DNA of 64,000 nt from NCBI RefSeq assembly GCF_006345805.1, contig NC_043008.1, forward strand, positions 72,540,001 through 72,604,000. The letters run 5' to 3'. The translations under genes and the position numbers were made by a program. Source of the DNA: Octopus sinensis. Taxonomy: Eukaryota. The notes below the pieces were generated by a model, which saw only the letters and a program-made list of their open reading frames with translations, was not told the origin of the DNA and did no database searches. Shown in pieces: positions 37,520 through 50,655 of this stretch (position 1 is the first letter of the stretch; each line of letters opens with the position of its first letter).

Positions 37520-39385
37520 CTCACAAAGGTGACATGAGGACTAAAGAACTGAAGTATTTCAGATTGCAAGATAGTGCATGAAAGAAAACCATGATGTCAT
37601 AAGAGAGAAATGTTTCCGCATGGATGCCCTTGCATTTAATGATTCTGCAAAGAATGAGGCTTGGAGATGCCATTATGAAAGACTGCTGAATGTGAAGAAT
37701 GAATGGGAGGAGGAGAGTCTGCCAAATGTTGATCCAATTGCAGGACCTGCTGCCCAAATCAATAGTACTCTGGTAGATAAAGCAATTAAGGATATGAAGA
37801 CAGAGAAAGCACCTGGCCCATCAGGAATCACCGCTGGGATACTTAAAATATCAGGCGGTGTGGGTTATGGTCTTGTCAGGTAGTAAATCAGGTAGTTCAT
37901 GAAGGAGTCATACACAATGACTGGTATGACTGGTGTAGCACCACCACAGTCAACTGCTGCAAAGGTAAAGATGGTGCTGTACAAGACCTGTACAGGGATG
38001 CTGTCAGTAAGATGAGGATTGACAATGAGTATAATGAAGAATTCTGGGTAGAAGTAGGAGTCCAAGGATCAGTCCTCAGCCCCCTCTTATTCATCATAGT
38101 TCTCCAGGTAATAACTGAGGAATTCAAAATAGGCTGCCCCTGGGAGCTCCTCTATGCTGACTCTATGTTGTTGACTTTGCTCTAATAGCCAAGTCACTGC
38201 CAGAACTAGAGACTAAGTTAAGGGTGTGGAAGCAAGGTCTAGAATTGAAGAACCTTATAGTCATTCTGGCAAACATCTAATTCTCAGTAAGTAGGAAGGC
38301 TGACAAATCACAAACCCCTTCCGGTAGATGACCCTGCACAATCTGTAAAAAAGGCATGGGTAGAAACTCCATACAATGTACTTGGTGTAAACTATGGACA
38401 CATAAAAGGTGCAACAATATCAAAGGAAGGTTAACCAGGAAGATAGTTTTTATGTGTGGCAGATGCACAGGGGCAATAAACACTGATGATGTACAGAAAA
38501 CAGATTCCATCACACACCAGGGGAAATAGCTAGAAGTAGTTGATAGCTTCTGCTACCTAGGCGACCAATGCTGTAGTGGAGTAGTTGCTCTAAGTGTATA
38601 GCTGCTAGAATGAGAATAGCCTGGAAGGAAGCTCCTACTTCTTCTGGCAATTAAGGGCCTCTCACTCAGGTTGAAAGGTAGACTGCATGATTCATGTGTG
38701 CAAACTGCCATGCTATATGGCAGTGAAACATGGGGAATGAGTGCTGAGGACATGTGTAGGCTTGAGAGAAATGAAGCTAGTATGATCCACTGGATGTGTA
38801 ATGTCAGTGTGCAAACACGAAAGAGTGTGAGCAGCCTGAGAGAAAAGTTGGACATATAAAGCATCAAATGTGGTGTGCAAGAGAGACGACTGTGCTTGTA
38901 AGGTCATGTGTTACATATGGATGAGGATGGCTGTGTGAGGAAGTGCCATGCCATAACTGTGGATGGAATGTGTGGAAGAGGTGGACCCAGGAATACATGG
39001 AATGAGGTGGTGGTCTCACAGAGGCAATGACAGGAAGCCAAGACCTTTGAAGATATGCTGTGATTGAGAAAATCCGACAGCTAAAATGAGATCGCAGCCA
39101 TGACTGATGCCAGTGTTGCAAGTCCAGTCCATTTAAGAGTACCCTTGATATGTCAGGTGATATGATATGCTTGAGAAGGTCTGTTAAGTCAAGTAATACC
39201 AAAATCGTATCTGTGGCCAGTGCCCCTTACTTGCTCTCATGCCAGTGGTACATAAAAAGCACCATCTGAATGTGGTTGATGCCAGGTCTGCCTGACTGGT
39301 TCCTCTGTCGGTAGCACATGAAAAACACCATGCCAGTGCGCCTTGACTGGCGCCTTCTCTATCAGAACATGATTGATGCCAGGGC
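37520..39385 (+). mobile_element. RTE LINE, 5'-truncated, with deletion of the RT core, PHD finger and 3' UTR repeats
   Basis: ORF 37578-37883 (AWRCHYERLLNVKNEW..KAPGPSGIT), YAD (about 38155), CTIC..CTWC.LWTH.RC..CGRC (38335-38466) and LYGSETW (ORF 38671-38859). Confidence 0.92.
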
Positions 39386-39386
39386 C

Positions 39387-39562
39387 TTTGGAGTTTATTA
39401 TCAGCAACATATCAATCATTATTACTTACAGCTGTTTCAATTATACACAGTGAAATTAATTAAATATTAAATTCATATTTCTGATCATAATCTCTTCACA
39501 GAGGAAACATATACCTTTAGATGCTTTGTTTGTTTGTAGATTCATCACAGAGGTTATGATAG
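39387..39562 (-). repeat. Partial, decayed paralogue of the 36109-36439 unit with a broken hammerhead and an end-to-start junction
   Basis: Aligns to 36264-36439 and continues directly into aggttatgatag (36111-36122). The core carries a 2-nt insertion (CTG-TG-AAGA) and stem I is lost. Confidence 0.85.
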
Positions 39563-39564
39563 AT

Positions 39565-40290
39565 AAAGATCATCAGCATAAAGCAGTCCCCAGGGGCAGC
39601 CAGTCTTTAATTCCTCTGTTATAATCGTGTTGACAATGATGAATAGGAAGGGTCTGAGAACTAAACCCTGGTGAATGTCCTCCTATACACCAAAATCATT
39701 GCTGTACATATGCTTAACTCTTACCTTATTGACAACACCCCTGAACATGACCTGTACCGCTTTCACAAGCCATTGCCTATCCCCAGCTTCCTGAGAGACC
39801 ACCATATCACCCAGTGAGATACTCTGTCAAAGGTTCTATTCTCATCAACAAATGCCAAATACAATGGTTTGGACTTAGTCAAATACTTCTCTTGTAGTTG
39901 TCTACAAAGATAGCATCAGTAGAATATTTTCCTTGGCACGAAACCAAACCACATTTCGTCTAGTTTAATTCTACTCCTAATTAACTGTGTTATACCTCTT
40001 TCCATTTCTTTAATGACATGGTCCAGCAGTTTGATGCCTCTGTAATTACTTCTGTCTAAGGAATCTCCTTTACTCTTGTAGCAGTTGACTATAATGCTGC
40101 TACACCAATCATAGGGGATGACACTTTCTTGAATAGCCAGCTATACAGGTGACTAGAATGTATCCTACTCCATCAGACATATACATACATGTGTATGTAT
40201 TTACATTTCTCCAAATATCACTGATCTAGAAGTAGATTTGTCAACAAATCTTCCACTGTATTTACATCTTCAAAGATGTGTTGAATAATA
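39565..40290 (-). mobile_element. Decayed RTE RT core
   Basis: Minus strand carries YADDL (gatcatcagcata, about 39566-39580), GVHQG..LSPFLFIIV and LYLAFVD-like segments. Confidence 0.8.
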
Positions 40291-41059
40291 GATCCCTTGC
40301 CTGTAAACAAGAAAGGGTTACTACCTTGAAAAGCATCAGGCTATGAAACAATGCTTCAATAATGTTTGTATAATAAATGCTAGCATTGAATAACAGACAC
40401 AAAAATAAATCATGGTGATAGATTTAGTTGTATTTCATATATAAAAATATGAACAGACATTGATGCAGACTTGTGGTTGCAGAATATATGAAATGATATT
40501 GTGTTTTTCAGTACATTTACATAGAGAGTAGACATTGGCATAAATACATATATATGAGAGTATGTAAATACACCCATGCACACATAAAATTCTGTAGCTT
40601 TTCTGTATCAGTTTCTAATAATTCATTGTTTTCTGATATCTAGCTGAAATCACTTTGCCAGTGTTATGACTTTTAACTGCGCAGGTGTAATATTTGGTGG
40701 ATTATAGAAGCTTTTACCAAGGAAGAAGACAAAATGAAGTCACAGGCATGGCTGTGTTGTTATGGAGTTAGTTTGCAGTATGGTACCTGGAACAAGTGTC
40801 TTCTACTTTGGCTTCTACTTTACCAATATCTTGTGAGTGAAATTTAATAGATAGAAACTGAGTCTGAAGAAAGGAGCAAACCCTTTGAGATCAGCAAGCC
40901 TTATGCTGCTAATGCTTATTTTAATCTACGGCAGGTTAACACTTGCAAAAAAGACATTAAACTGGGAGAAAATTCTAGAGAGCTAATGGTTCAGGTTGAA
41001 AAGACTGGGAATAATGGATAGCTTCCAAATGTGTAGGTATATCCTGGCAGATAGTCATA

Positions 41060-41530
41060 TTGTCAGAGACGATGACGATAATGATGATGACAGTAATAAT
41101 AGTGCTGATAATGACAATGATGATGATAGTGATATTGTTTATCATGTTGATGGTTATGAGGATTATAGCGATGATGAGAATAATAATATCAACAGTGATA
41201 ATGACAATTATGATAATGATGACATTGGTGATGATATTGACAAAAATAAGATATTGTCAGTGATGATGATGATGATGATGATGGTAGTTGTAGTGCTAGG
41301 AGTGGTAGTTGTGGTGAAGATAAGGGTGATGGTGATGATGACAATGACATTGTTAATGATATTGATGGCAATGCTAATTACAATGATGATGATGATGATG
41401 ATGTCATAAATAATGATGATGATACTGTTAGTGATGGTGACAACAATAGTGATAATGATATTGATTATGGTGACAGCAACTGTGATATTAAAGATTTACA
41501 CTGATGATGGTGATGATAGCGATGACTAAA
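41060..41530. repeat. Degenerate (GAT)n low-complexity tract
   Basis: Direct reading; the Asp/Met-rich ORFs here are artefacts. Confidence 0.9.
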
Positions 41531-42003
41531 TGAGTATGAATTAAAAGATCAGTTACAGAACATCAATTTGTATATCAAAGGATGTTTTGTTTTTATTTCT
41601 CCAAACCAATCCTTAATTTCTGTATCTTTCTTCACACCTCAATAATCCAATAAGTAAACATCTAATATTTTGGCTTTTTTATTATCTAATTTACACCATT
41701 CATTTCTCACAAGTTTTTCCCCTTGCTCTCGCTTATTACAGATGTTTGGGTACAAGAGGTATTTGATATCCACTTAATAAACTTGGAGTATGTGTGTGTG
41801 TGTGTGGAGGGAAAACATTTCACATTGTTGTGCTTGATAATACATTGTGTCTACATGTGTGTTGTGCGTGTGTACACAGAATTTGATAATATTGTAATAT
41901 CTTGTTTTTTATTTCATTAGTTAGCACTCATTGAGATCTCATTGAGTTGATTATGTATGCCGAGTGGTAAATCCATATGTGTGGGTGTGTATGAATCTAA
42001 TTA

Positions 42004-42064
<61 letters not shown>

Positions 42065-42077
42065 CATATATATATAT

Positions 42078-42420
42078 ATCATCTTCATCATCATCATCAT
42101 CATCATCATCATCGTTTAACCTCCATTTTACATACTGGTATGGTTTGGACGGTTTGATAGGAACTGGCAATGGCAGGTTCTATAGCCTGTTTTGGCTTGG
42201 TTTTTCTGCAGCTGTATGCCCTTCCTAACATCAACCACTTTACAGAATGTACAAGGTGCTTTTTATGTGGCACCAGCATCAATACCAATGTTTTTTTTCT
42301 GTGGCACCTTGGTTGTTGTTGTGGGCAGGTCTTCTTGAGTAATCTTCTTGAGTAGAGCAATGTACCACATATCTTGTTCTTCTGTTATCTCCTTTGCAAG
42401 GTTTAGTGCTTTGAGATCAG
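42078..42420 (-). mobile_element. RTE-tail SINE-like element with (CAT)n (tail on the minus strand)
   Basis: (CAT)n-cgtttaacctccatttt...gcccttcctaacatcaaccactt. Confidence 0.8.
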
Positions 42421-43492
42421 CCTTTAATATTTGTATATATTATATATTTAATCTACCGTCTCACTTCCCTATTCTATTCCTCTATGACAACCTTGCTCTT
42501 CTTTGAATACTGTTGTATATAATGGCCCACATCTCTCTTTGTGTTGTATTTTTGCCAATAATTCTGATGAAGTAGGTTGGCTGCATTTGCACAGAACTGA
42601 GCTTCTAAGCTCATGCTATGGACGTCTGCTGGGTTTTTGAAACATGTGTATGTTAAATAAAGCATAAATACAAATTATGCTCTCTGTGTTCCTTTATATG
42701 TATATAAATAAATAATAGACCAATGTCACAGCTACTCCCTATCTCTATTACAAGATGTTTTCATGTGGCATAAAGTTATGAAGTATAATACACTTTAAGT
42801 AGCAAATTTGTATATAGTTTATGGAAACACTTTATGAGAATACAGACATGCATACACACATGTATTATCTCATCAGTTCTGTAGGTGAGTATGTTGTGTG
42901 AAAGTGATATAGAGGGACAATGAGAGAGAATGGTGGAAGCAAGGTAATACCTAGAATTGAGACAGAGGAACATTCTGCAAAAATTCTACTTATTTTTGTT
43001 TGCCTGTTTCTTCTCTTTCTATAGTATTTATTGTTTCCAATTTGTTATGTCTCTGTTTGGGCTATTTAGTAGGTTTGTTGCTGTATATATGGCATTTATT
43101 ATGTAGTCTATTTATGGTATGTCACTGTTATGGTTCCATTTTGATGTTATTTTTACTTCAAAATATTAATAAATGCTGTGGTGGTGTTGGAGGGGAGAAC
43201 GAATGAAAACAATAATGTTGGACGATAGTCAGAAAGGACAATGTTATAAACTATACAATATATTTAATAATTCTAAACTCTGTTCTATTGTAGTATTTAC
43301 AGCTGCAGCAACGATGCCTGGGGTGGCTGTTTCTAGAGTGAGCTTTACTCTATCACAGAAACATACACACACACAGATACATATATACAAGCATACATTG
43401 ACATAATTACATACACATTAATGCATGCACACTTAGACACGTAAATGGATGATGTGTTAACTTTGGGAGGAGAAAGTTATTGGAATTGTTTC

Positions 43493-43551
43493 TAGTATAC
43501 AAGGGTTTCTGAACAAGTAGCAGCTCCATTACTTAGATATCATCAGTATCA
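43493..43551 (-). ncRNA. Degenerate type I hammerhead-like motif
   Basis: Minus strand reads tgata-CTGATGA-tatct-aagta..tactt-gttca-GAAAC-cctt-GTA-tacta. Core is intact, stem I has one mismatch, and atggagctgct is shared with the 1875-1949 motif. Confidence 0.4.
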
Positions 43552-43856
43552 TCAACATCATTTTATATTTGTTTTCCAATGCTGTCTATTTATTAACACA
43601 ACAGTCTGGCAACTGGTATATATATATACATACATATATATACATATACATACATATTTGTATGTATATATATATATATATATATATACAATATAGGTAG
43701 TTAGGGTAAATCCCAGCTGTTTCCTCATGATGCACATCTGCTTATTCCATTATTACAATCAATATGTATCCATTATTATTGTTGTATATAGATCAAAACA
43801 TTCATTGAAATAGAAGATAATGGAAATATTATTTCCAAAGTTGTTGAATAAACTAG

Positions 43857-44093
43857 ACAGGAAAATGGGAATTTTCTTTTTAGTATTATTTATTCTCCAT
43901 TACACATGTTTCATTTTCCAGTAGGAATCACAAAGTTATATAGGCATGTAAGGAATTTCCTATTAGAGAAACTGTCAAAATTTTTTTTTCTGTCAAACAA
44001 TTTCTCTAATAGGAAATTCCTTACATTTCTTTGGAAAATGAAACACATGTAATGAAAAATAAATAATACCAAAAACAATTTTCATTTTCCTGT
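43857..44093. mobile_element. Fold-back MITE-like palindromic element
   Basis: Termini acaggaaaatg/cattttcctgt; inner perfect 26-bp arms atgtaaggaatttcctattagagaaa / tttctctaataggaaattccttacat. Confidence 0.8.
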
Positions 44094-44096
44094 TTG

Positions 44097-44193
<97 letters not shown>

Positions 44194-44194
<1 letters not shown>

Positions 44195-44710
44195 TAGCAG
44201 TATCGCCCGGCATTGCTCGGGTTTGTAAGGGAAATAACTATATAAGCATTTTTAGAGAGTTACTTCCTTTATAGATGCCAATTTGGGCTTTCTTAGCCAT
44301 TTCTGTTTTGGTGTCTTCAAGCCATGAAGTCATTGTTCTAAAAGAACGCTGGTCTCCTTGACAACGCATTACGACGTTGATTTCCTTAAACTCCCTTCCC
44401 TACAGCTTCACGAGGGAGGGAAGAAGGGGGAGAAGCAAACACAGGTGCAGGTGTTTGAGCGTGGACGCCAACTCCGCCGCCATTGACACACGAAAAATTA
44501 TGCATTAAAATGGAATAAAAAATTATGTTAAATTATTTTAAAAATCGTAGACTCATCGTAGACACGCGCTAATAGCCAGACGGGCTCCATATTAATAACG
44601 ACTATAAGATACCCGAATTTGGTTAAACTGCACTGCAAAATGTGGGAGGAGTTAGGAATCTAAATCGTAGGAGACAGACACTCACACAACTACAGTTTTA
44701 TATATATAGA
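44194..44710 (-). mobile_element. Non-autonomous Helitron
   Basis: Minus strand starts TCTATATATATA at 44710, has the subterminal hairpin cccg-gcattgct-cggg and ends CTAG at 44194. A/T insertion site within (AT)n. Confidence 0.88.
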
Positions 44711-45389
44711 TATATCTTGTATGACGCTATTCTTTCTTTCTATCATCCCTTTCATGCTTATTCGTTCATTTTCCTCTTCATTCTTTCATTCCTCTTCTCT
44801 CACATTTCCTTGCCTTCCCTTCTTGCTCACTTTCCCTCCACTTTTCCCTCCACTGTGTCCCTGTCATTTTTTCTCTCCCCTCCTTAATTCTTCAGTCCTT
44901 CTGCCTCTACCTCTCTCTCTTCTCTCCCCACGTGACCAGTGTTCGGCCAAGCCTGATCTTTCTTTCTTGGTTTGGCCGTCATCCATGCAACATCGATATT
45001 CCCCTCTGTACCTGTGAAATCTTGTATTCCACACACTCCAGCATAATTCAATTCATCCTTAGTCGAAAGACACCTGTTGTTATGTCCTGTTATCATTTTT
45101 ATTGTATTTGCATAACATTGTCTGTTTTAATCCGTCCTTGTTTCCTTGTATCGTCTATCTGGAGGTTTTGTTGTCCCTTTTATATATCACCTAACTATCT
45201 GGATGTTTTTCATTCTTGTCCCATTGTGTATTTTTATATATATATATGATATTGTAATTGCTCTAGAACTTTCCAGGGAATTACCATTATTGTTGATATA
45301 TAAATTCATTACACCTTGTATAGTTACTTTGGTAAATGTCATTGCACAAAACTCTTTGCCCTTGAGTCATTCTGTTACTTCTGCTAAAT

Positions 45390-45605
45390 ATTGATTTCAA
45401 ATTTTGGGTTCAAGTCTAGCAATTTTAGAGGAGGGGCTAAGTTGATTACATTGATCCCAGTTCTCAACTGGTGCTTATTTTATTAACTTTGGAAAGAGAA
45501 AAGACAAAGTTGACCTCAGCAGTTTTTTTAACCTAGAACATAAAGATGAACTAATTGTCACTAAACATTTTACCTGCCATGCCAATGATTCATCCAGCTC
45601 ACTGC
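45390..45605 (-). mobile_element. Degraded tRNA-derived SINE (same family as 56833)
   Basis: Reverse complement reads gcagtgagctgg..gaatc...gtcaactttgtctttt...taagcaccagttgagaactgggatc. Confidence 0.7.
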
Positions 45606-46084
45606 TTTCTGCAAACTATTAATAAAACAATATATATATACACATATTTTAAGTTCTATTTTTCCTGTTTGCATCACTAAGCACACACACGCACATGCAC
45701 ACACTCACTCACTCACTCACTCACTTTCTCTATCTCTCTCTCTTGTTTAGAGGGAAGGCTTGTTGGCCTTCTTAATCTTAAACTACTGTTTAGAAAAAGA
45801 CAACATTTTTTGGCTTAGATCCAGGACACTTTTAATCCAACAGATTTGAGACATTCCAGCTGTGACCATGCTACTTTTATGTAGGCACAGTCTAACTACA
45901 GTTATATTCCAGTAAATCTGTTTTTAAAGATGATAATGACTGATTTGAGGGAGATGTAGTTATAAATATATATACACACAAGGTCTTACAAACATCAAGC
46001 ATTTAAAAATAAACAGTAAGCTCACAGTAATGGCAACAAACTACTGCGGTATATACACTAAAATATTCTCAGAATAATCACGTA

Positions 46085-48045
46085 GATTAACAGATACTGC
46101 TGTCTTTGTATGTGGTAGATGTGCAGATTTGTATTTTTATATATATATGGCATTGTAATTGCTCCAGAACTTTCCAGCACATGGGACTTAGGTTCTGTCA
46201 AATGCCCAAGAAGCTCTCTTGAGGTTGCAGACAGTTTCTGTTACCAAGGTAACCAAATTAGCAATGATGAAGAATGCTCTGAAAGTATTGTTTCTAGAAT
46301 AAGAATTGGGTGGAGGAAGTTCAGAGAGCTATTACCTCTGTTGGCGTCATAAGGACAATGTCTCAGTGTGAAAGGTAGACTATATGATGCCTATGTGCAA
46401 ACGGCTATACTCCATGGTAGTGAGTCATGGGCTCTGAGTGCAGAAGACATGCAGAGACTGAAGAGAAATGAAGGTATTATGCTATGTTGGATGTACAACA
46501 TCAGTGCACATGTATGACAAATGCAAATGTACTGAGAAAAAAGTTGAGCACAAGTGGAATGAAATGTAGCATGCAAGAGAGAAGACTATGTTGGTTTGGA
46601 CATGTGATGCATATGAATGGGGACAGCTCCATAAAGAAGTGCTGATCACTGAAAATGGATGGTACCCACAGAAAAGGGAGATCTAGGAAGATGTGGGATG
46701 AAGTGATGAGGAGCATTCTCAGGATGTTGGGCCTCACAGAGGAAATGACAATGGACTGAGATGTCTGGTGATATGAAGTTCTTGAGAAGACCCACCCACG
46801 TCAGCAAAACTGAGTTTTAGAAGCGCTGTGTGTCCCATCCATACTTAATAAGAAAACTTCTCACAACAGACCAAACTACATCTCTACATCTCTTCTCTTC
46901 ATCACATTTCCACTTCATGCACTATGCTTATCTCTCACTCCCAATCCTGTCCTCTTGGCCCTGTACCACTGTGTCATTGCTCTCCGCTAGCCCCCAACCT
47001 GTGTACTCCACCCACATGTCTTGTCTCACTGTATCATTGCTATCTGCTAGACCCCTGACCTGTGTGTTCCACCCACACGTAACAAGAAAGCTTTTCACAC
47101 ACCCTACCCCAACAAATCAATATACATCTCTACATTTCTTCTCTTCTTCACATTTCCTCCTTCATACACTATTTCTAACTTTCATTTCCCAATCCAGTCC
47201 TCATGGCCCTGTTCCTAGTATCATTGCTATCCAGTAGCCCACCAACTCTATATATACCCAGGTTTTCATCACTTACTCCCTACATCCATACTCATTAATC
47301 ATGCTTCCTTTGCAATATTCTGCCAGTTATATTATGAAGTTCAAACCTCATAATTATTCCCTGGCACTTGCCAGCATCTATATATATCTCTCCCTTTACT
47401 CAACCATCTCTTGTGAGTATGCCCAGCACTTTGCCGCCATCTCTATCCTGCAGTCTCTCACTCTCTTTCTCCTACTCCTGCACTTCCTTGAGTTTGGGTA
47501 ACCATGTATTTCCTTTGTGGCAGCACACCTGTTTCTATCTTCATTCCTGATCTCTCTTTCTCTCTCCCCAGCTAGGTAACCTTGTATCTCTTCTACTACC
47601 AAAACACTTGTTCCTGTTTGTGTCTCTCTGTCTCACTGTAACCTTTCATCACTGATACAAGATCACCTCTTCCAATACCCCCTCTCCTCTCAAGAGAGAT
47701 TTGTTTTTTTGTCTTGCAAGTACTTGGCAACCCTGTCATTGCAGGTGCCACTTAAAAGCACCCAGTCTAAACTGTAAAGTGGTTGGCTTTTGGAAGGGCA
47801 TCCAGCTGTAAAAATCTTGCCAAAACTGACCTCACCTGTGCTTGTGCACCATAAAAAGCACTAAGTCCACTCTGCTGAATGGTTGGTGTTAAGAAGAGCA
47901 TCCAGCCGTAAAAATCCGGCCAAAAGAGTTACAGAAGTATAGTGCAGGCTTCTACCTGGCCAGATCTTGTCAAACCATCCCACCCATGCCAGCTTGGAAG
48001 GTCAACATTAAATGATGATGATGATAATGATGACGATGATGATGA
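46085..48045 (+). mobile_element. RTE RT 3' part, a long pyrimidine-rich internally duplicated 3' region (about 46830-47230) and a (GAT)n-tailed terminus; composite
   Basis: LEVADSFCYQG..RIRIGWRKFRELLPLL (46119-46352), LHGSESW and WFGHVM motifs; terminus cccatgccagcttggaaggtcaacattaa(ATG)n. Confidence 0.75.
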
Positions 48046-48244
48046 TTGTATATTTTCTGTTACAAATTTTGGTAAACATTTCCATAAGAATATGTTTTCC
48101 TATTTTGGTAAATAGGTCCTACAGTTCAATGACATCAGTCATAGCTGAGCTCAGTGTGTTTTTATACAAATTGTCTACTAGAAAAATTTCTCTTCCTGGT
48201 CATTTACTACACCAAGGGTCTTCCAATATCTGAATGTGAACAAA

Positions 48245-48722
48245 TAGATCAAAATCAAATTCGATAACTGGCATCCATGCTTGTGGAGCACTAAGAGCAT
48301 CATCCGAGCGTGATCATTGCAAGAGTGACAAACTGGCTTCCATGCTGGTGACACGTGAAAAGCACCATTTGAGTGTGAGTGTTACCTGTGTCACCTTACT
48401 GGTAATTGTGCCGGTGGCACATGAAAAAACATTTGAGCGAGGTCGTTGCCAGTGCTGCTGGACTGGCACCTGTGCAGGTGGCATGTAAAAAGTACCATTT
48501 GAGTGTGGCTGTTGCCAGTACTGCCTGACTGGCCCTCATGCTGGTGGCACATAAAAGCACTCACTGCACTCTCGGAGTGGTTGGTGTTAGGAAGGGCATT
48601 CAGTTGTAGAAACTCTGCCAGATCAGATTGGAGCCTGGTGCAGCCATCTGGTTCGCCAGGTCTCAGTCAAATTGTCCAACCCATGCTAGCATGGAAAGTG
48701 GACGTTAAACAATGATGATGAT
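48245..48722 (+). mobile_element. RTE 3' UTR-derived element with ~60-70-bp subrepeats and (GAT)n tail
   Basis: Nearly colinear with 10575-10973 and 6800-7232. Confidence 0.85.
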
Positions 48723-49669
48723 ATGAGTATAGCTTTGTTTCCATCATCACTGCTTAGTGAGCCATTATTGATTAATTCTAGCTTGACAAAGCTCTGCACA
48801 TGCCAGCAAATTTATTTGATGTTTACATATATGGATAGTAGTTCTTAGTGGTCTATGAATGACAGATTCAGTGTCTATAGCTGATGAAGCATAACAACAT
48901 AAAAGCATTTGTTCTACAGTCCAATGACATCATTTATAACATAGCTTGGTGAGTTTTCATAATGTCTATTTGAGTTTCTTTTTCCAAATAGTTAGTATAG
49001 CAAAGGACTTTCAATACGTGAGTTTACATGAACTTGTAAAAGGTAAATGGACTCAGCTTTATAGCAAAACAAACATGAACACTAGGTGAACAAATGTCTT
49101 GAGATCGCACATCAAAAACCATAATTAGAAATGGAGAAAAAAAGAAAGAGCAAGTAGAGATAGATACAGGTAATGCAGGGAAATGTTGATTAAGCAATTA
49201 AGAGATTTGTTACAAATTATTTTTTTAACACCAAGTGCTTCTCAGTAATACAGACTTTAGTTTTCTGTTGGGTTTCACACATTTTGTGTTAAATTCTCCA
49301 TCCTTTCATTCTATCTGGGTATGTAACAACATTAGTGTAGACAAGTGGTGTGTATAAAACTGGGATGAAAATCTGGGGTGAAAATATAAAACTGGAATGT
49401 ATAAATCTGGGGTGAAAAACTGCTAGGTATAGGCAGTAGATGGTATAACAGCAATTGAGGCTTGTGTTGTTATAATTCCATTAAAATATCTTATATGATT
49501 TTTGTTTCAATTAATAATAAAGAATTTAGTAAAATTACTTTACTATTAAGCTGGCATTTGCAACAGAAATTAACATGAAATTTGATGAAAAGTTTTTAAT
49601 TCAAACCATCATGGAAAACTTTTAAATTCTAACCACCCTGGAAGCAGTCTAATGACTAAATCAAGTAAA

Positions 49670-49898
49670 ATTTAAAAAGGTATGTCTGTGTTACTCTGCC
49701 AAATTTAATACTTATTTCTTCACATAGTTTTGAAATAATCCTACATTATCTTTAAGCCTTGAGATTTCAACGAGGTGATTGTATACTTTTAAAATGACAA
49801 TGTAAGGTAGGTGTTACCGGCCAAATCTTGACAGTTTACACATAAAACGGGTAGAATATTTCAGACAGGTATAGTCGGTTTACATGCTAAAAGGTTGA
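49670..49898. mobile_element. Degraded piggyBac-type MITE
   Basis: Right end atgctaaaaggttgaa resembles gctaaagggTTAA; the internal sequence matches a repeat I recall from octopus. Left end is decayed. Confidence 0.45.
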
Positions 49899-50365
49899 AC
49901 TGTCTGGTTTTCGGGCTTTGGTTTGGGAGTTTGAGGATTTTGGGAAGTGTGGAACCACTTTACAGCCACTACTGTACTCAGGTCTAATCTGACCTGGATT
50001 GGTGTCACCTTTGAGGGATCTAGCTATGGGTTAATTAGCATATTAGGGCTCACCTACCGAAGCAGGTGAAGAGTAGACTCTGTGGAAGGAACCTTCATGG
50101 CTCAACGAAAGGAAATGCAGCAATGCTTTGTGGAGAGTAGGAAGCAAGATGAGGAAAGTAAAACATCTTGGTCATCTGCTGCATCCATCTCTGTCCTTAT
50201 TCACCTTGACCTGGCCTTGCTATTGGGTTGAAGATCATCACAGATGCTAGAGTGAGGTTGACAATGCAGAACTCTTCTTCATTTTAAACAAAGCTACAGC
50301 ACAAATCATCAGTCATCGTTAATGATGAGTAAACGATCCTCATCACTCTGACAGATGAACATGAT

Positions 50366-50419
<54 letters not shown>

Positions 50420-50623
50420 ATACATAAGGGTGTGCAGTCAGAAAAACAAATTTGTGTGTGTCTATTTGTCTGTCTCTATAGATATGAGTTTGCATAGCAA
50501 TCACTTACAAAGGTTGCATAGCAATCACTTACATTCGAGTTCTATCCAACTGCGTGACATGTTAGGCAACAGTCTTTTCTGCTATACCTTCAGGCTCACC
50601 AATACTTCATGAAACTTTTGGAA

Positions 50624-50655
<32 letters not shown>

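Noticed and set aside
40996-41409. Asp/Met-rich 137-aa ORF
   Set aside because: Product of a degenerate (GAT)n tract.
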